From NCBI GenBank assembly GCA_000146465.1, contig CP001952.1: DNA of 64,000 bases. The stretch is one strand, 5' to 3'. Position 1 is the stretch's first letter; the number at the start of each line of letters is the position of its first letter. A program made the translations under genes and the position numbers. This document shows positions 50,601 through 59,399 of the stretch, in pieces. The notes beneath the pieces are model-generated. The model did no database searches, was not told the origin of the DNA, and saw nothing but the letters and a program-made list of their open reading frames with translations.

Positions 50601-50689
50601 CCTTTGGAAATCTGGGAGTCCTGTGCGGAAAGGGAGAATATGAGTTTGATGGCACTTTGTACTCTGTCTCCCTCTACAAAAAGGCCTAA
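47639..50689 (+). CDS. ILS1: isoleucyl-tRNA synthetase
   Basis: PPFATGLPHYGHIL (HIGH), a CP1 editing domain and KMSKRLKNYP (KMSKS). 1016 aa. Confidence 0.9.
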   Translation: MYKKNANFVECEEEVLEYWKSRRCFERACEMSKGRKKFTFYDGPPFATGLPHYGHILSGTIKDTVTRFFYQQGYDVDRRFGWDCHGLPVEYEIDKKLGISSRDEVLKMGIDKYNKECRGIVMKYSSEWEKVVERLGRWISFENGYKTMDKTFMESVWNIFKELFNRGLVYRGFRVMPFSTACSTPLSNFESNQNYKDVSDPSVLIAFPLLKPFEGYKLSLVAWTTTPWTLPSNCALVVNPEFSYGIFEEKQKFYLMHVNRVEEYFKDAKILKRISGSELEGLEYEQPFPYFEEYRKKGFFRVYGSGFVTDTDGTGIVHSAPGFGESDYNVFVEKGLIRENDLVPCPVDENGRYTSEVKDYAGKYVKDCDKAILLDIKDKVLLNQRIVHKYPFCWRSDTPLLYKLVPNWFVRVKDHVDSLLRNNEEINWVPPDIKYKRFHNWLENARDWSVSRNRFWGTPIPLWTTLDYKDVICVGSVEELERLSGRKIDDIHREFIDDIVIHKDGKEYRRVEEVLDCWFESGSMPYAQDHWPFKERLEAGLKNLSVEEGKEGKLVKENFPADFIGEGVDQTRGWFYTLHVVSSLLFGQPAFLNVIVNGIVLAEDGRKMSKRLKNYPDPSVIFNTYGADSLRMYLISSPVVEAENLKFNENGVKEVLKTLIIPWYNSLGFYLENRHLEPRGERLLMDDWIRTTFDNFTVSLTDKMKRYELSSVLSLALRFVDDLSNWYIRMHRKEIRAGHHTVLGDTLRKFSIVMAPFTPFFSEYSYQSINPGESVHFQQYPVCKSGIHPFETAKSIITAVRRLREMNSISLKTPLKSATLISSTELYQKIRDYMDLIKSECNVLELLHKEEGKSMFDITVKPNFQNLKKNKDTMKRKMELIRKLTSDEAYVLLSSSLNMEGLEILQDDVLIVKKIKHAEGISQEFGDFSIAIDNTLNEDIVEMKVAREFHSYVQKLRKSMGLSISDDVVVDVECSDLKSIVGKHFDISFGNLGVLCGKGEYEFDGTLYSVSLYKKA

Positions 50690-50728
50690 CCACAAACACC
50701 ATTAAACACCCAACTTACTCGAGTCTGT

Positions 50729-51997
50729 TTATTTGCTTACCCTGTTCATAAGAGATATGAAATCAGACATTCTTCTTTCATAGTCAGTGATTTCGTCCTC
50801 CAGTCTTCTTTTTTTATCCGAATCGGGCTCGGCATCGGCTCTTCTCTTGATTTCGTCAATCTTCGATTGTAGCTCGTTGACCGGAAGCACATAGCCATCT
50901 CCAACCCTGCTCTGAAGAATATCAATGATCTTCTTCTGCCTATCTATGGTAATGCTTTTCCTCTTGCTAGACTCAAGAGTTCTCTTTAGTGTCTCTCTCA
51001 GAGTATCGTAATCTCTTCTGATCTTGGAATTTTTGCTACTGAGCTTTGCCACTGCTTCAGAAAAGTTGGAGTTTTCAGCTTTGATCCCATCCATCCCCTT
51101 CTTCAGCTCCAAATAGTCTCTGAGGACTTTCTCGTGTTCTTTTTCCTTCTGTTGCACTTCCAGTCCAGAAGACTCCATGTTCTTGATTCTCCGTCTCATC
51201 TCCTTGAACACGCTTCTTAAGGCTTTTTGCACACCATGCAGGTCATCATCTCTTATATCCACATCAACCCCAAAATCCTCTGCTGCTTCAGTAATATCCT
51301 TACTAACCAGACCATTTATTTTCCTCATGCCCTCCATTTCTCTTGAGCACTTGTCTAGTTGCTTCACAAACTCCCCTGTGGCTTTAGCATATCCTAGCTC
51401 TGCTTCAAAGCTCCTACTTCTCATCTCAAAGAAAATTCGATGAAGCTTATGGCTTATCTCCTCGATCTCTTTTAGGTCTTCCATCAGCTCATGGGTCCTT
51501 CTTGATAGCTCTCCTACAGAGTTCCATCCTCCACTCTCAACCAAATATGTATCTGGAGAAAAAAAAGGATCCCTTTCTTGCAGCTCTTGGCATATGATGC
51601 TTCTTGCCCCTTCCAAGTTTCCTCGGCACACCTCTCGGAGAATACACTTTACAAATTCCTTGCTAAAGTACTCCCCCTTTATAAGTCTGTCGATCTTCTC
51701 GCTGACCTTTACATAGGTCTTATATATACTTGGAAGATATACACAGTCTTCGTTGCTTTCCCCTGAAAGGCTTCCAAACCCAGACAGGGTATCTGGGCTC
51801 TCACTGGAAACACTATCCAACGAGGTTTTCTTTTCATCCACAACAACCTTGATATCCGACAAGGAAAGCATCTCCAATCCGTTCACAATGTACTTTCCCA
51901 GTTGCTGAGATGTGTCTGGAGATCCCAGAGAGACATCCCGGGTATTTTCGCACGGCGGAAAAGGTTTCTTTCCATTATCCTCTGCAAAGAGCCTCAT
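50729..51997 (-). CDS. hypothetical coiled-coil protein (422 aa)
   Basis: Long ORF with extended heptad-like charged segments. No specific family recognised. Confidence 0.4.
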   Translation of the reverse strand: MRLFAEDNGKKPFPPCENTRDVSLGSPDTSQQLGKYIVNGLEMLSLSDIKVVVDEKKTSLDSVSSESPDTLSGFGSLSGESNEDCVYLPSIYKTYVKVSEKIDRLIKGEYFSKEFVKCILREVCRGNLEGARSIICQELQERDPFFSPDTYLVESGGWNSVGELSRRTHELMEDLKEIEEISHKLHRIFFEMRSRSFEAELGYAKATGEFVKQLDKCSREMEGMRKINGLVSKDITEAAEDFGVDVDIRDDDLHGVQKALRSVFKEMRRRIKNMESSGLEVQQKEKEHEKVLRDYLELKKGMDGIKAENSNFSEAVAKLSSKNSKIRRDYDTLRETLKRTLESSKRKSITIDRQKKIIDILQSRVGDGYVLPVNELQSKIDEIKRRADAEPDSDKKRRLEDEITDYERRMSDFISLMNRVSK

Positions 51998-52064
51998 AGG
52001 TCTAGGGATCCGAGCAAAAATTCAGGCCATCAGAAGATGTATTCGAGAGGATAGAACCCCCACC

Positions 52065-54098
52065 ATGGAAAGCAGAGACACTACAATAACTAGTATAGTG
52101 GCGCATATAGACCATGGAAAGACCTCACTAATGGACAGCCTTGTTGCATCCCAAGGACGCATATCAAAGGCGCTTGCCGGGTCCATAAGATTCCTCGACA
52201 CAAGGGAGGACGAGCAAGCCAGAGGAATAACTCTAAAGTTAAGCGCTATCTCCCTGGACTACGGAGGACACAGATATGTGTTCATTGACACACCAGGACA
52301 CGTCGACTTTGAGTCCTTGATCCAATCTAGTTCCATACTCTCCGATAATTTTCTTATTCTTGTAGATGTTAATGAGGGAATAACACCGAGAACTTATTCA
52401 CTTGTGAAGTATGCCAAAGGAAAGAGATGTGTTCTTGCCATAAACAAAATTGACAAGATATCTTCTCCCCAGGAGCTACTTCAAAAGACACAATCTGTGG
52501 TGACTTCGATCAACGGGCTTTCTGGTAGAGAAGTTTTTGGATGGGATGCTAATAACATCATATTGTGCTGTGCAACACTGTGCTATGGAATCAACAAAAA
52601 GATGTTCCAGAAAGTTGTTGGAAGGGATGGAAGTTTGAAGAACGCCATCGACCTTCTGTTCCATGTTTACAACAGAATAGACCAGAAAGATGTGGCCAGG
52701 ATATGCGAGAGATTCAAGGTGGCGGTCCGAAGCAGGAAGAATATTCTTTTGGCAATGCTCCCTCTATCTGAGTGTGTGTTCAATTCAATAGGAGTAGACA
52801 CCGAGGACTGTATGAAACAGTTTTATGGATCTGATCTAATAAAGCTGAATCCAATACCATCGGATAAGAAGCCTTCGCTAATGGGAGTTACTGTCTATGG
52901 AGTCCTCAAAACGCCTCGAGAGTACAGTAAGTCCTCTGTACTTTTTGTCACAAGACTGTTCTATGGGACTCTAAGGGTGGGAGACACAGTATATTCTGCC
53001 GATGGAGAAAATATCTCGGAATGTGCAGTAGAAAGCCTGTACCGGTTCGGAATAAATGAGTTGATTGAACGGGATGAGGTGTCTGGGCCGGACCTTATCT
53101 GTATTGGAGGCAGCTTTCGAAAGAACTCAGTGATAACCGATGTTCCTGCATATAGGATGGATATTCAGAGTAAGATAACACCCTTCTACAAGTTCAAGAT
53201 TGTCCTAAACAACATAGACAGGCTCGATGAACTAAAGGAGGTTTTTCGGGTGATGTCTTGTACTGAGCAGTTTCTAAAGGTGAAGCTTAATAAATACAAG
53301 GAGATAGAGGTTTCATGCACAGGGAAGGTACAGTCTGAAAAGATAATTACAGATCTTGGAGACTCTGGATTTGAATTCTCGGTTGGAGATCTTGAAGAAA
53401 AGTTTTGTGAGTATTCCACGAAGTCCTCGAGTGGAGTCTTTACCCTTGAAGATCTCAGCCTGAGGGTATGGATTTCCCAGGTATGTGGAGTAGAAGAAAG
53501 CGCTGTTCACTTCAGGAGATGGGAGGATAAGAATGGAAATCGGTTTGGTCTTGTATCTACCCTGTGCTTAGAGATGGCAACCAATGTTCTGGAGATGTTT
53601 GTTTCTAGTGGGGCGTTGATAAGAGAGAATATATACAGCACAAGATTTGTTTTAGATATACAGGGGAATGCAGATGCCATTGAACCAGACCTACTATATT
53701 CATTCTTGAAGAATTCGCTTGTTTCGGTATATCTTTCTAGTTCTCCATCTATTGCACCAACCTTCTATGAGTGTACAATATCGATCCAGGAGATGTTTAT
53801 TGGAGAGACATACAAAAGCCTACCGAAGGATAGCTATGTTGTTATCCAAGAATCCTACGAAGACAAGACCGGCTTCTACGTCCTTACAGTGCTCATTCCG
53901 CAGTTTCTGTATTCAAACTTCCTTGAGGAAATCAGAATAAGGACCAAGGGAACAGCATATCTCCTGGTGAAAGATGTAGGATACAAGTTTGGACTGGACT
54001 TCAGCAAGCAGATAGAGGGAATAAGAAAGAAAAAAGGTTTGTTTGTCGAAGAGAAGATTGTCGAGAGACCTTCCCAGCAAAGGACATATAAAAAATAG
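52065..54098 (+). CDS. EF-G/EF-2 superfamily translational-type GTPase (Snu114 or EFL1/Ria1 candidate)
   Basis: G1 AHIDHGKTSLMDSLV, G3 DTPGHVDF, G4 NKID, and domain II (LFVTRLFYGTLRVGDTVY). It is far more divergent than eEF2. The start is taken at MESRD. The ORF begins at 51912, overlapping the upstream gene. Confidence 0.6.
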   Translation: MESRDTTITSIVAHIDHGKTSLMDSLVASQGRISKALAGSIRFLDTREDEQARGITLKLSAISLDYGGHRYVFIDTPGHVDFESLIQSSSILSDNFLILVDVNEGITPRTYSLVKYAKGKRCVLAINKIDKISSPQELLQKTQSVVTSINGLSGREVFGWDANNIILCCATLCYGINKKMFQKVVGRDGSLKNAIDLLFHVYNRIDQKDVARICERFKVAVRSRKNILLAMLPLSECVFNSIGVDTEDCMKQFYGSDLIKLNPIPSDKKPSLMGVTVYGVLKTPREYSKSSVLFVTRLFYGTLRVGDTVYSADGENISECAVESLYRFGINELIERDEVSGPDLICIGGSFRKNSVITDVPAYRMDIQSKITPFYKFKIVLNNIDRLDELKEVFRVMSCTEQFLKVKLNKYKEIEVSCTGKVQSEKIITDLGDSGFEFSVGDLEEKFCEYSTKSSSGVFTLEDLSLRVWISQVCGVEESAVHFRRWEDKNGNRFGLVSTLCLEMATNVLEMFVSSGALIRENIYSTRFVLDIQGNADAIEPDLLYSFLKNSLVSVYLSSSPSIAPTFYECTISIQEMFIGETYKSLPKDSYVVIQESYEDKTGFYVLTVLIPQFLYSNFLEEIRIRTKGTAYLLVKDVGYKFGLDFSKQIEGIRKKKGLFVEEKIVERPSQQRTYKK

Positions 54099-54134
54099 TA
54101 TCATATTTAATAATAATAAAAAGTTTGGCGGATT

Positions 54135-54638
54135 TCAACAATCAGGTCCATACGACCTAAGAGTTATGGAAATAAGGAGGCACATAAGCGTAAATAGCCC
54201 TATAGCTGTCCTGTAAGAGAACACATTTGTCTCTTCTTCCTGCAAAAGGCAGTTTCCAAATCTTGTACCGTTGATCTTTACTCCAGGTGTTATTACTTTC
54301 ACAAGTTTTCTATTATTGGCCGGCCTTGGAGGAGGTCCTCTGCTCTCCTTCTTCGAGTCCACAGCTAACACAGATATAACTTCTTCAATCCCCATTCTAC
54401 TTCTGCATGAAGGACAGAATTTGCATCCTCTGATCGACTGAGACCATATGTATAAACATCCCCAACAGAACAGATGTCCACATGGCGTCAGCACAGGGCC
54501 TTCGGGGCGTGAGTAGCATATATTGCATGCATATTCCCGTCCGACACGTCTTCTTTCCTTTTCTCTGCAGTTATCTTCTATGTATGTGCTCCTTGGAGCT
54601 TTATCGCCCCACTCTTCAGACTTTTCCCTGGTTTTCAT
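54135..54638 (-). CDS. RING (C3HC4) membrane-anchored E3 ligase, RNF5/RNF185-like
   Basis: CNICYSRPEGPVLTPCGHLFCWGCLYIWSQSIRGCKFCPSCR plus a C-terminal TM (AIGLFTLMCLLISITL). The start is taken at an internal Met. The ORF extends to 54956, overlapping Rrp6. Confidence 0.5.
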   Translation of the reverse strand: MKTREKSEEWGDKAPRSTYIEDNCREKERRRVGREYACNICYSRPEGPVLTPCGHLFCWGCLYIWSQSIRGCKFCPSCRSRMGIEEVISVLAVDSKKESRGPPPRPANNRKLVKVITPGVKINGTRFGNCLLQEEETNVFSYRTAIGLFTLMCLLISITLRSYGPDC

Positions 54639-54660
54639 GGGATAGTCATTCCCCTTTCTC

Positions 54661-55746
54661 ATGAATCTGCTAGACTTAAGTGTCAAGCTGGTGGAAGAGG
54701 TCAATTTATTTCTACGCCAGGGAAGACATAGTTTAGATGTTTTGGAAATGGAGAAGCTTGTCAACAAGATCAACGAAGTGCAGCTTCTTGTGAAGGACTC
54801 GGAAAGGAACTTCAAGCAGATTCTCAAGGAAATCGAAGGAGAACATGCCAGGTCTGATTCTGTTGTAATCGTAACAAAAAACAAAAAGCTTGTCTGCGTC
54901 CTAGGAGAAGAGATAGTTAAGCCAAGAATAGAATCCATTGATGCGGAAGATTCCAAGTGCAGCCATACTCCATTTTTCTACGAGTTCAAGCCATTTGGAA
55001 GTACAGTGTATGTAGAGACACTTGATCAATTGCTGGATGTAGACAAGAGAATCACCCAGGCAGCCATCGAGGTATTTGATCACACTTATAGGTCCTATAG
55101 AGGATTTTCATGTTTAATTTCGGTGGGAGACACAGAGGGCTGCATCTACATAATAGATGCGATAAGATTCAGGGCAGCCATTCCTAGACTTGCATTGCTG
55201 AAATGTGGAGTTCCAAAGATAGTCCATTGCGAGCAGTGTGTCCAAAGGCTTCTACAGGACTTTAAACACATTGGATGCTTCCGAAATTATGAAATCTCTT
55301 CGGATATGGTTTTCATTGATTGGAGGATACGCCCGGTGCCAAAGTTTCTTCTTGAAGTTCTGTGTAAAGGAGTTCAAAAGATAAGAGAGATGCTAGAAAG
55401 AGGTGTCGAGACAAGAACCTATTGCTCCAAAGAGATTGATGAGGTGGAGGATATTGCCGTGAGGTACGGAATCAAGAGTAATAATGACAACGACATTCTT
55501 AAGGCTCTCCTAAAGCTTCGGAGATTTCTTGCAAAGAACAACGATGAATCCGTTCACTATGTCATGACAGATGACCAGGTTGTCCGGTTGTTGAGAGTCA
55601 AGCCAGACACACAAGATAAGTTTCTTGGAGAGATAGGAAGGCTCTCCCCTCTGGCAAGACAGCATGCTATGGACTTCTTGCTTGTGTTTAATGGCAAAAA
55701 AGGGAGTTTTCAGTTACAAGATCTCCTCCCTCCAAGTCAAAAATGA
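54661..55746 (+). CDS. RRP6: exosome 3'-5' exoribonuclease Rrp6-like (DEDD-Y exonuclease domain)
   Basis: SVGDTEGCIYIIDAIRF...LLKCGVPKIVHCEQCVQRLLQDFKH...DWRIRPVP parallels the Rrp6/EXOSC10 exonuclease core, with a helical (PMC2NT-like) N-terminus. Confidence 0.55.
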   Translation: MNLLDLSVKLVEEVNLFLRQGRHSLDVLEMEKLVNKINEVQLLVKDSERNFKQILKEIEGEHARSDSVVIVTKNKKLVCVLGEEIVKPRIESIDAEDSKCSHTPFFYEFKPFGSTVYVETLDQLLDVDKRITQAAIEVFDHTYRSYRGFSCLISVGDTEGCIYIIDAIRFRAAIPRLALLKCGVPKIVHCEQCVQRLLQDFKHIGCFRNYEISSDMVFIDWRIRPVPKFLLEVLCKGVQKIREMLERGVETRTYCSKEIDEVEDIAVRYGIKSNNDNDILKALLKLRRFLAKNNDESVHYVMTDDQVVRLLRVKPDTQDKFLGEIGRLSPLARQHAMDFLLVFNGKKGSFQLQDLLPPSQK

Positions 55747-55830
55747 CGGGTCAGCCATCTTGCTGTTGAGAGGCCCCCTGACCTGAAACAAGACAAATAA
55801 ACCATCTGGAATAACGTCTGATAAAATCGA

Positions 55831-56277
55831 ATGGGGAGTAAAAATAAAGGCAGGAAAGTCGATGTCTCCCAAAATGTGGCCTGGACGTTGCAACGAGGAA
55901 GTTGGATAATCCATGTGCTGGTTATACTTCTCCTCAAGATGACGCTTTCGGTGGTTTTCAACGACAGCATAGGATGGCAGCTCTCACTAATTATCTACAA
56001 CATCTCCACCTTTGTTTTCTTCCACATGATCCCCGGGGATCCCTTCAACGACAGATACAGCCTCTATACATTTTGGGAACAGATTTCCGAGCAACTGGAG
56101 GGCACACCCGATCTCATCTTCATAGCTCTGTTCCCTCTGATAGCATTTACAGCTGTCAACTTCATTATAAGGTGGAACATCTTCTTGTTCTGGATTTGTG
56201 TTGCAAGTCTGTTCATTGTGACTATTCCAAAGTTTGGATTCATGCATCTCAGGAGAATCTTGATATTCAAAGAGTAG
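55831..56277 (+). CDS. ORM1: ORMDL/Orm1 sphingolipid-synthesis regulator
   Basis: Four TM segments. NISTFVFFHMIPGDPFNDR...YTFWEQI matches ORMDL [24 protein letters not shown]...LTHWEQM. Confidence 0.75.
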   Translation: MGSKNKGRKVDVSQNVAWTLQRGSWIIHVLVILLLKMTLSVVFNDSIGWQLSLIIYNISTFVFFHMIPGDPFNDRYSLYTFWEQISEQLEGTPDLIFIALFPLIAFTAVNFIIRWNIFLFWICVASLFIVTIPKFGFMHLRRILIFKE

Positions 56278-56308
56278 AACGGTAGGCCCTGCGATCAATA
56301 AACTTATG

Positions 56309-57736
56309 CTATTCTACCTTGTCCATCAGAAGCTCCTTCTTTTTACTGTAGGACTCTCCTCTATATTCTACACAGCCTAAGACATCTGCTGCAAGTTTGG
56401 ATAGGTTTTGAAGAACAAGGATCTCCACAAACTCGAGGATCAGAAACTCCTCAACACTGCTGAAGCTCCCCTTTCTGGACAGAATGCATTCGACAATCTT
56501 GTGGATATCTGTGTACTTCATACCAAACGCTTCTTTGAAGAGCCTTATCGACTGATCTGTAAGCCCTTTTCTGGTGTAGAACTTCATTGCATGCACTTTG
56601 ATCTGGAGATTCCCGGGATTTGTCTCTACGGCTTTCTTCAGAAAAAACTCCGCATTTTCCATCTTCTCTGTCTTGGTGTAAACAAGCCCACATCCAAACA
56701 TTGCTCTATAGTTATCTCCAAGCATCTTCAACGATAGATTAAAGTATTTCATGGCTATGTCGTATTCGTTTCTTTGGATCGATTCATATCCAAGAAGTGT
56801 GTAGGTGTATGAGTCTTCTTCTATCCTCAGGCTTCTTTTGAAGCAGAGGATGCTCTTCTGGTAATCGCCCTGATGGCTGTAGAAATTCCCTAAAGCCTTC
56901 CATGTGATGGGAGAATCAGGTGCATGCTTAATCAGATTCTTGCATAGCATTCCAAGCTCATAGACATCTTTCGAATGCCAGAGAATAGTTGAGTAGTAGT
57001 CCATACTGTAGAGAAACATCGGATCTTTTCTTCTCACCAGCTCAAAACATGCCTTACTCTTATCGTTCATCCCAAGGTTGAAGTATCTTCGTGCCGCATT
57101 CGAAATAAAATAAGATCCGATCCCAGGAACATACTCCAAATACTTTTTCACAAGAGAGTTCGCTAGGCTTTCGTGGAATTCAATGCTGTCCCACACATAC
57201 TCCTCTTCAATCCCTCCTTTCCCTGCTTGCTGAATGTTCTCCTTGTCCCTCTTCTGAGGAATCTTGTTCTCAAGAAGGAGGTTTTCCATAGGAGAGAACA
57301 GAAAGCTCTTCCCAAAGGACCTTAGATAGTGTCCAATCCCTTCTTCTCTGCATCCAAACAAGGTATATAAGTCTCCGAGGAGAGACTCAAGAAACTCGTC
57401 ATCGTCCGGATCAACAAACATCTCTTGTATTCTTGCATCCACGTCGGGATCCCTCTCCACCTTTCCCTCGAGAATAAGCTCTAGACTCTTAATGGCCTTC
57501 TTGTAGTCTTTTCTCTTTTTGTAGCAAAGAGATTCGTAGTACTTGGAAGTACATGTGTTAAGCTTATGGAGATGAAAGAGGGCACGGGAATACTCTCCGT
57601 TCAGATAGAGCACTATAGACATGAGTGTCCTGTATTCAGGCCTGTCATGGAGTAGACATGATGCTAGGAAAATAGCAGTCTCGTAGTCCCTGTATCTTAT
57701 TGACTTGCATATCTTTCCAATCAGCTTGGTGTCCAT
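56309..57736 (-). CDS. TPR-repeat protein, APC/C subunit Cdc23 (APC8)-like
   Basis: TPR array. LGNFYSHQGDYQKSILCFKRSLRI...YTLLGYESIQ...YRAMFGCGLVY parallels Cdc23 IGNYYSLRSQHEKAALYFQRALKL...WTLMGHEYME...YRAWYGLGQTY. Confidence 0.45.
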   Translation of the reverse strand: MDTKLIGKICKSIRYRDYETAIFLASCLLHDRPEYRTLMSIVLYLNGEYSRALFHLHKLNTCTSKYYESLCYKKRKDYKKAIKSLELILEGKVERDPDVDARIQEMFVDPDDDEFLESLLGDLYTLFGCREEGIGHYLRSFGKSFLFSPMENLLLENKIPQKRDKENIQQAGKGGIEEEYVWDSIEFHESLANSLVKKYLEYVPGIGSYFISNAARRYFNLGMNDKSKACFELVRRKDPMFLYSMDYYSTILWHSKDVYELGMLCKNLIKHAPDSPITWKALGNFYSHQGDYQKSILCFKRSLRIEEDSYTYTLLGYESIQRNEYDIAMKYFNLSLKMLGDNYRAMFGCGLVYTKTEKMENAEFFLKKAVETNPGNLQIKVHAMKFYTRKGLTDQSIRLFKEAFGMKYTDIHKIVECILSRKGSFSSVEEFLILEFVEILVLQNLSKLAADVLGCVEYRGESYSKKKELLMDKVE

Positions 57737-57804
57737 TTGAGGGCAAGCTCTTGTTGTTTGAAGACTATTCTAATATTCTAAGGATCTTTATTGTCCAATT
57801 GTAG

Positions 57805-59310
57805 TTATCTTAGAAAACATTCGAGAAAGGCTATCGATCGGAGGTTTTGCTCCTGGAAGCACAACTCGTCGTCAATGACAGATCCAAGAATTTCTATTTT
57901 CTTGCAAAGCATGCCATCATCCTTTATGTCTCTTTCATATAGGAAAAGAATAAATCCAATGAATTCAGAGAAGACTGGTACAAGCTCCTTGACCGTAAAG
58001 AACTCAATCATTACATCAAGGACACTTTCTAGTTCTCTTCTATTCAGATCTTGAAGCGCATGTACAAATTCCCGTCTTTCATATATGTAGCTCATCACCG
58101 AGAACACCTCCTGAATATCTCTTTTCCTTACTGCATGCATCATCGATTTCTTGTACTCAAATGCATTCAGCTTCTTTTCTAAGTATGTTAACTTGGTTTG
58201 GCGGTTCCGAACAATCTCAATCTTTATCTCGTCGTGAATACCATCTTCTCTATCCTTCAGCTGGGGAGAATCCTTCTCCGTCTTATTCCTTGCCAGCTCC
58301 AGCACCCCTCCATCCTCTATCCCAAGGTACAACACATCGTTGAAGATACTAAGACTCAGGATTCCTCCTCGAACTCCAACCTTTGATATCATCTTAAGAT
58401 CTCTTGTAAATACCCTTACATTTCCATCCACTGACGCCGTATACAGCCTGCCTTCGTAAAACACCATAGACGTCGCCTCCTTGATATGGAAGGCTCTTCC
58501 AACCTCTACTCCCCCGTTCTGGACGTCAATTGCACAAACCTCGTTCTCAGATAAAAAAGCCACACGCCCACTTCCAAGCATGCAAATCCTCGACACACGG
58601 CGGTGGGTATTGTATCCAAACACCTTTTTGAACGTTGTTAGGCAGTATCCGTTGATGAATCCATCGTAAGACCCCGAAAACACAACCCCATCTCCAACAG
58701 CAATGCTTTTAACATAGTCTGTGTTGTCAAGTATGGTGGCAACAGACTCCTCCTTTGATAGCTCAAATATTTTTATCTTCATATCGTCGCTACAACTTAT
58801 TATCATTGTTCCATTAAGTTTTACTTCATTAACCCTGGCTTCATGTTCGTGGTACTGCCGGACAATGCTCCTCATCTTTCCAACCACTTTGACACATCCA
58901 CTTTCATCCCCGCACACCGTTAGTTCTTCATATACATCTATGGCGCTTACGTCTCTATGGAACTTAACTATCTTCTTCTTCCTTCCTTCTTCTTTTCTGA
59001 TCACTGCCACATAGTTCTTGTTGACCACAAAAACTCCATCCTTCCCACTGCATAGGTGGAAGACTCCCTCCTTCTGCTCGTAGATGGTGTCGAAGTTTTC
59101 CCTTGATGAATCCTTTATCCCAAAATTATTGCTTCGGAAGTACACCATATGGGCTTCGACAAGACAGAAAATAACTCCTGGAGCTTTTCGGTCTCTGCAG
59201 ATGTAAGAACCATGAATCAGAAAGCAGATGCCTTCTTCAGAGCTAGACAAAACTCTAATCCTGTGGTCTCGACAAAGAAGAAGATCCTCCAGTTTGCAAA
59301 AGATAGCCAA
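57805..59310 (-). CDS. UTP15: WD40 SSU-processome protein UTP15-like
   Basis: N-terminal WD40 beta-propeller repeats and a C-terminal helical UTP15_C-like region (LTYLEKKLNAFEYKKSMMHAVRKRD...). Confidence 0.5.
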   Translation of the reverse strand: MAIFCKLEDLLLCRDHRIRVLSSSEEGICFLIHGSYICRDRKAPGVIFCLVEAHMVYFRSNNFGIKDSSRENFDTIYEQKEGVFHLCSGKDGVFVVNKNYVAVIRKEEGRKKKIVKFHRDVSAIDVYEELTVCGDESGCVKVVGKMRSIVRQYHEHEARVNEVKLNGTMIISCSDDMKIKIFELSKEESVATILDNTDYVKSIAVGDGVVFSGSYDGFINGYCLTTFKKVFGYNTHRRVSRICMLGSGRVAFLSENEVCAIDVQNGGVEVGRAFHIKEATSMVFYEGRLYTASVDGNVRVFTRDLKMISKVGVRGGILSLSIFNDVLYLGIEDGGVLELARNKTEKDSPQLKDREDGIHDEIKIEIVRNRQTKLTYLEKKLNAFEYKKSMMHAVRKRDIQEVFSVMSYIYERREFVHALQDLNRRELESVLDVMIEFFTVKELVPVFSEFIGFILFLYERDIKDDGMLCKKIEILGSVIDDELCFQEQNLRSIAFLECFLR

Positions 59311-59399
59311 GTGGATATGAACAAATCTTTAATCGAAATAGAGGAGTTTCCGAGGAATGCATATGCAGACGAACTGGAGAGATTTCCTGTTCTAAAGGA

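Noticed and set aside
52927-52954. GTAAGT...CAAG inside the EF-G-like gene
   Set aside because: The segment encodes the conserved domain-II residues SKSSVLFVTRLFYGTLRVGD in frame, and no TTAATTT element is present.
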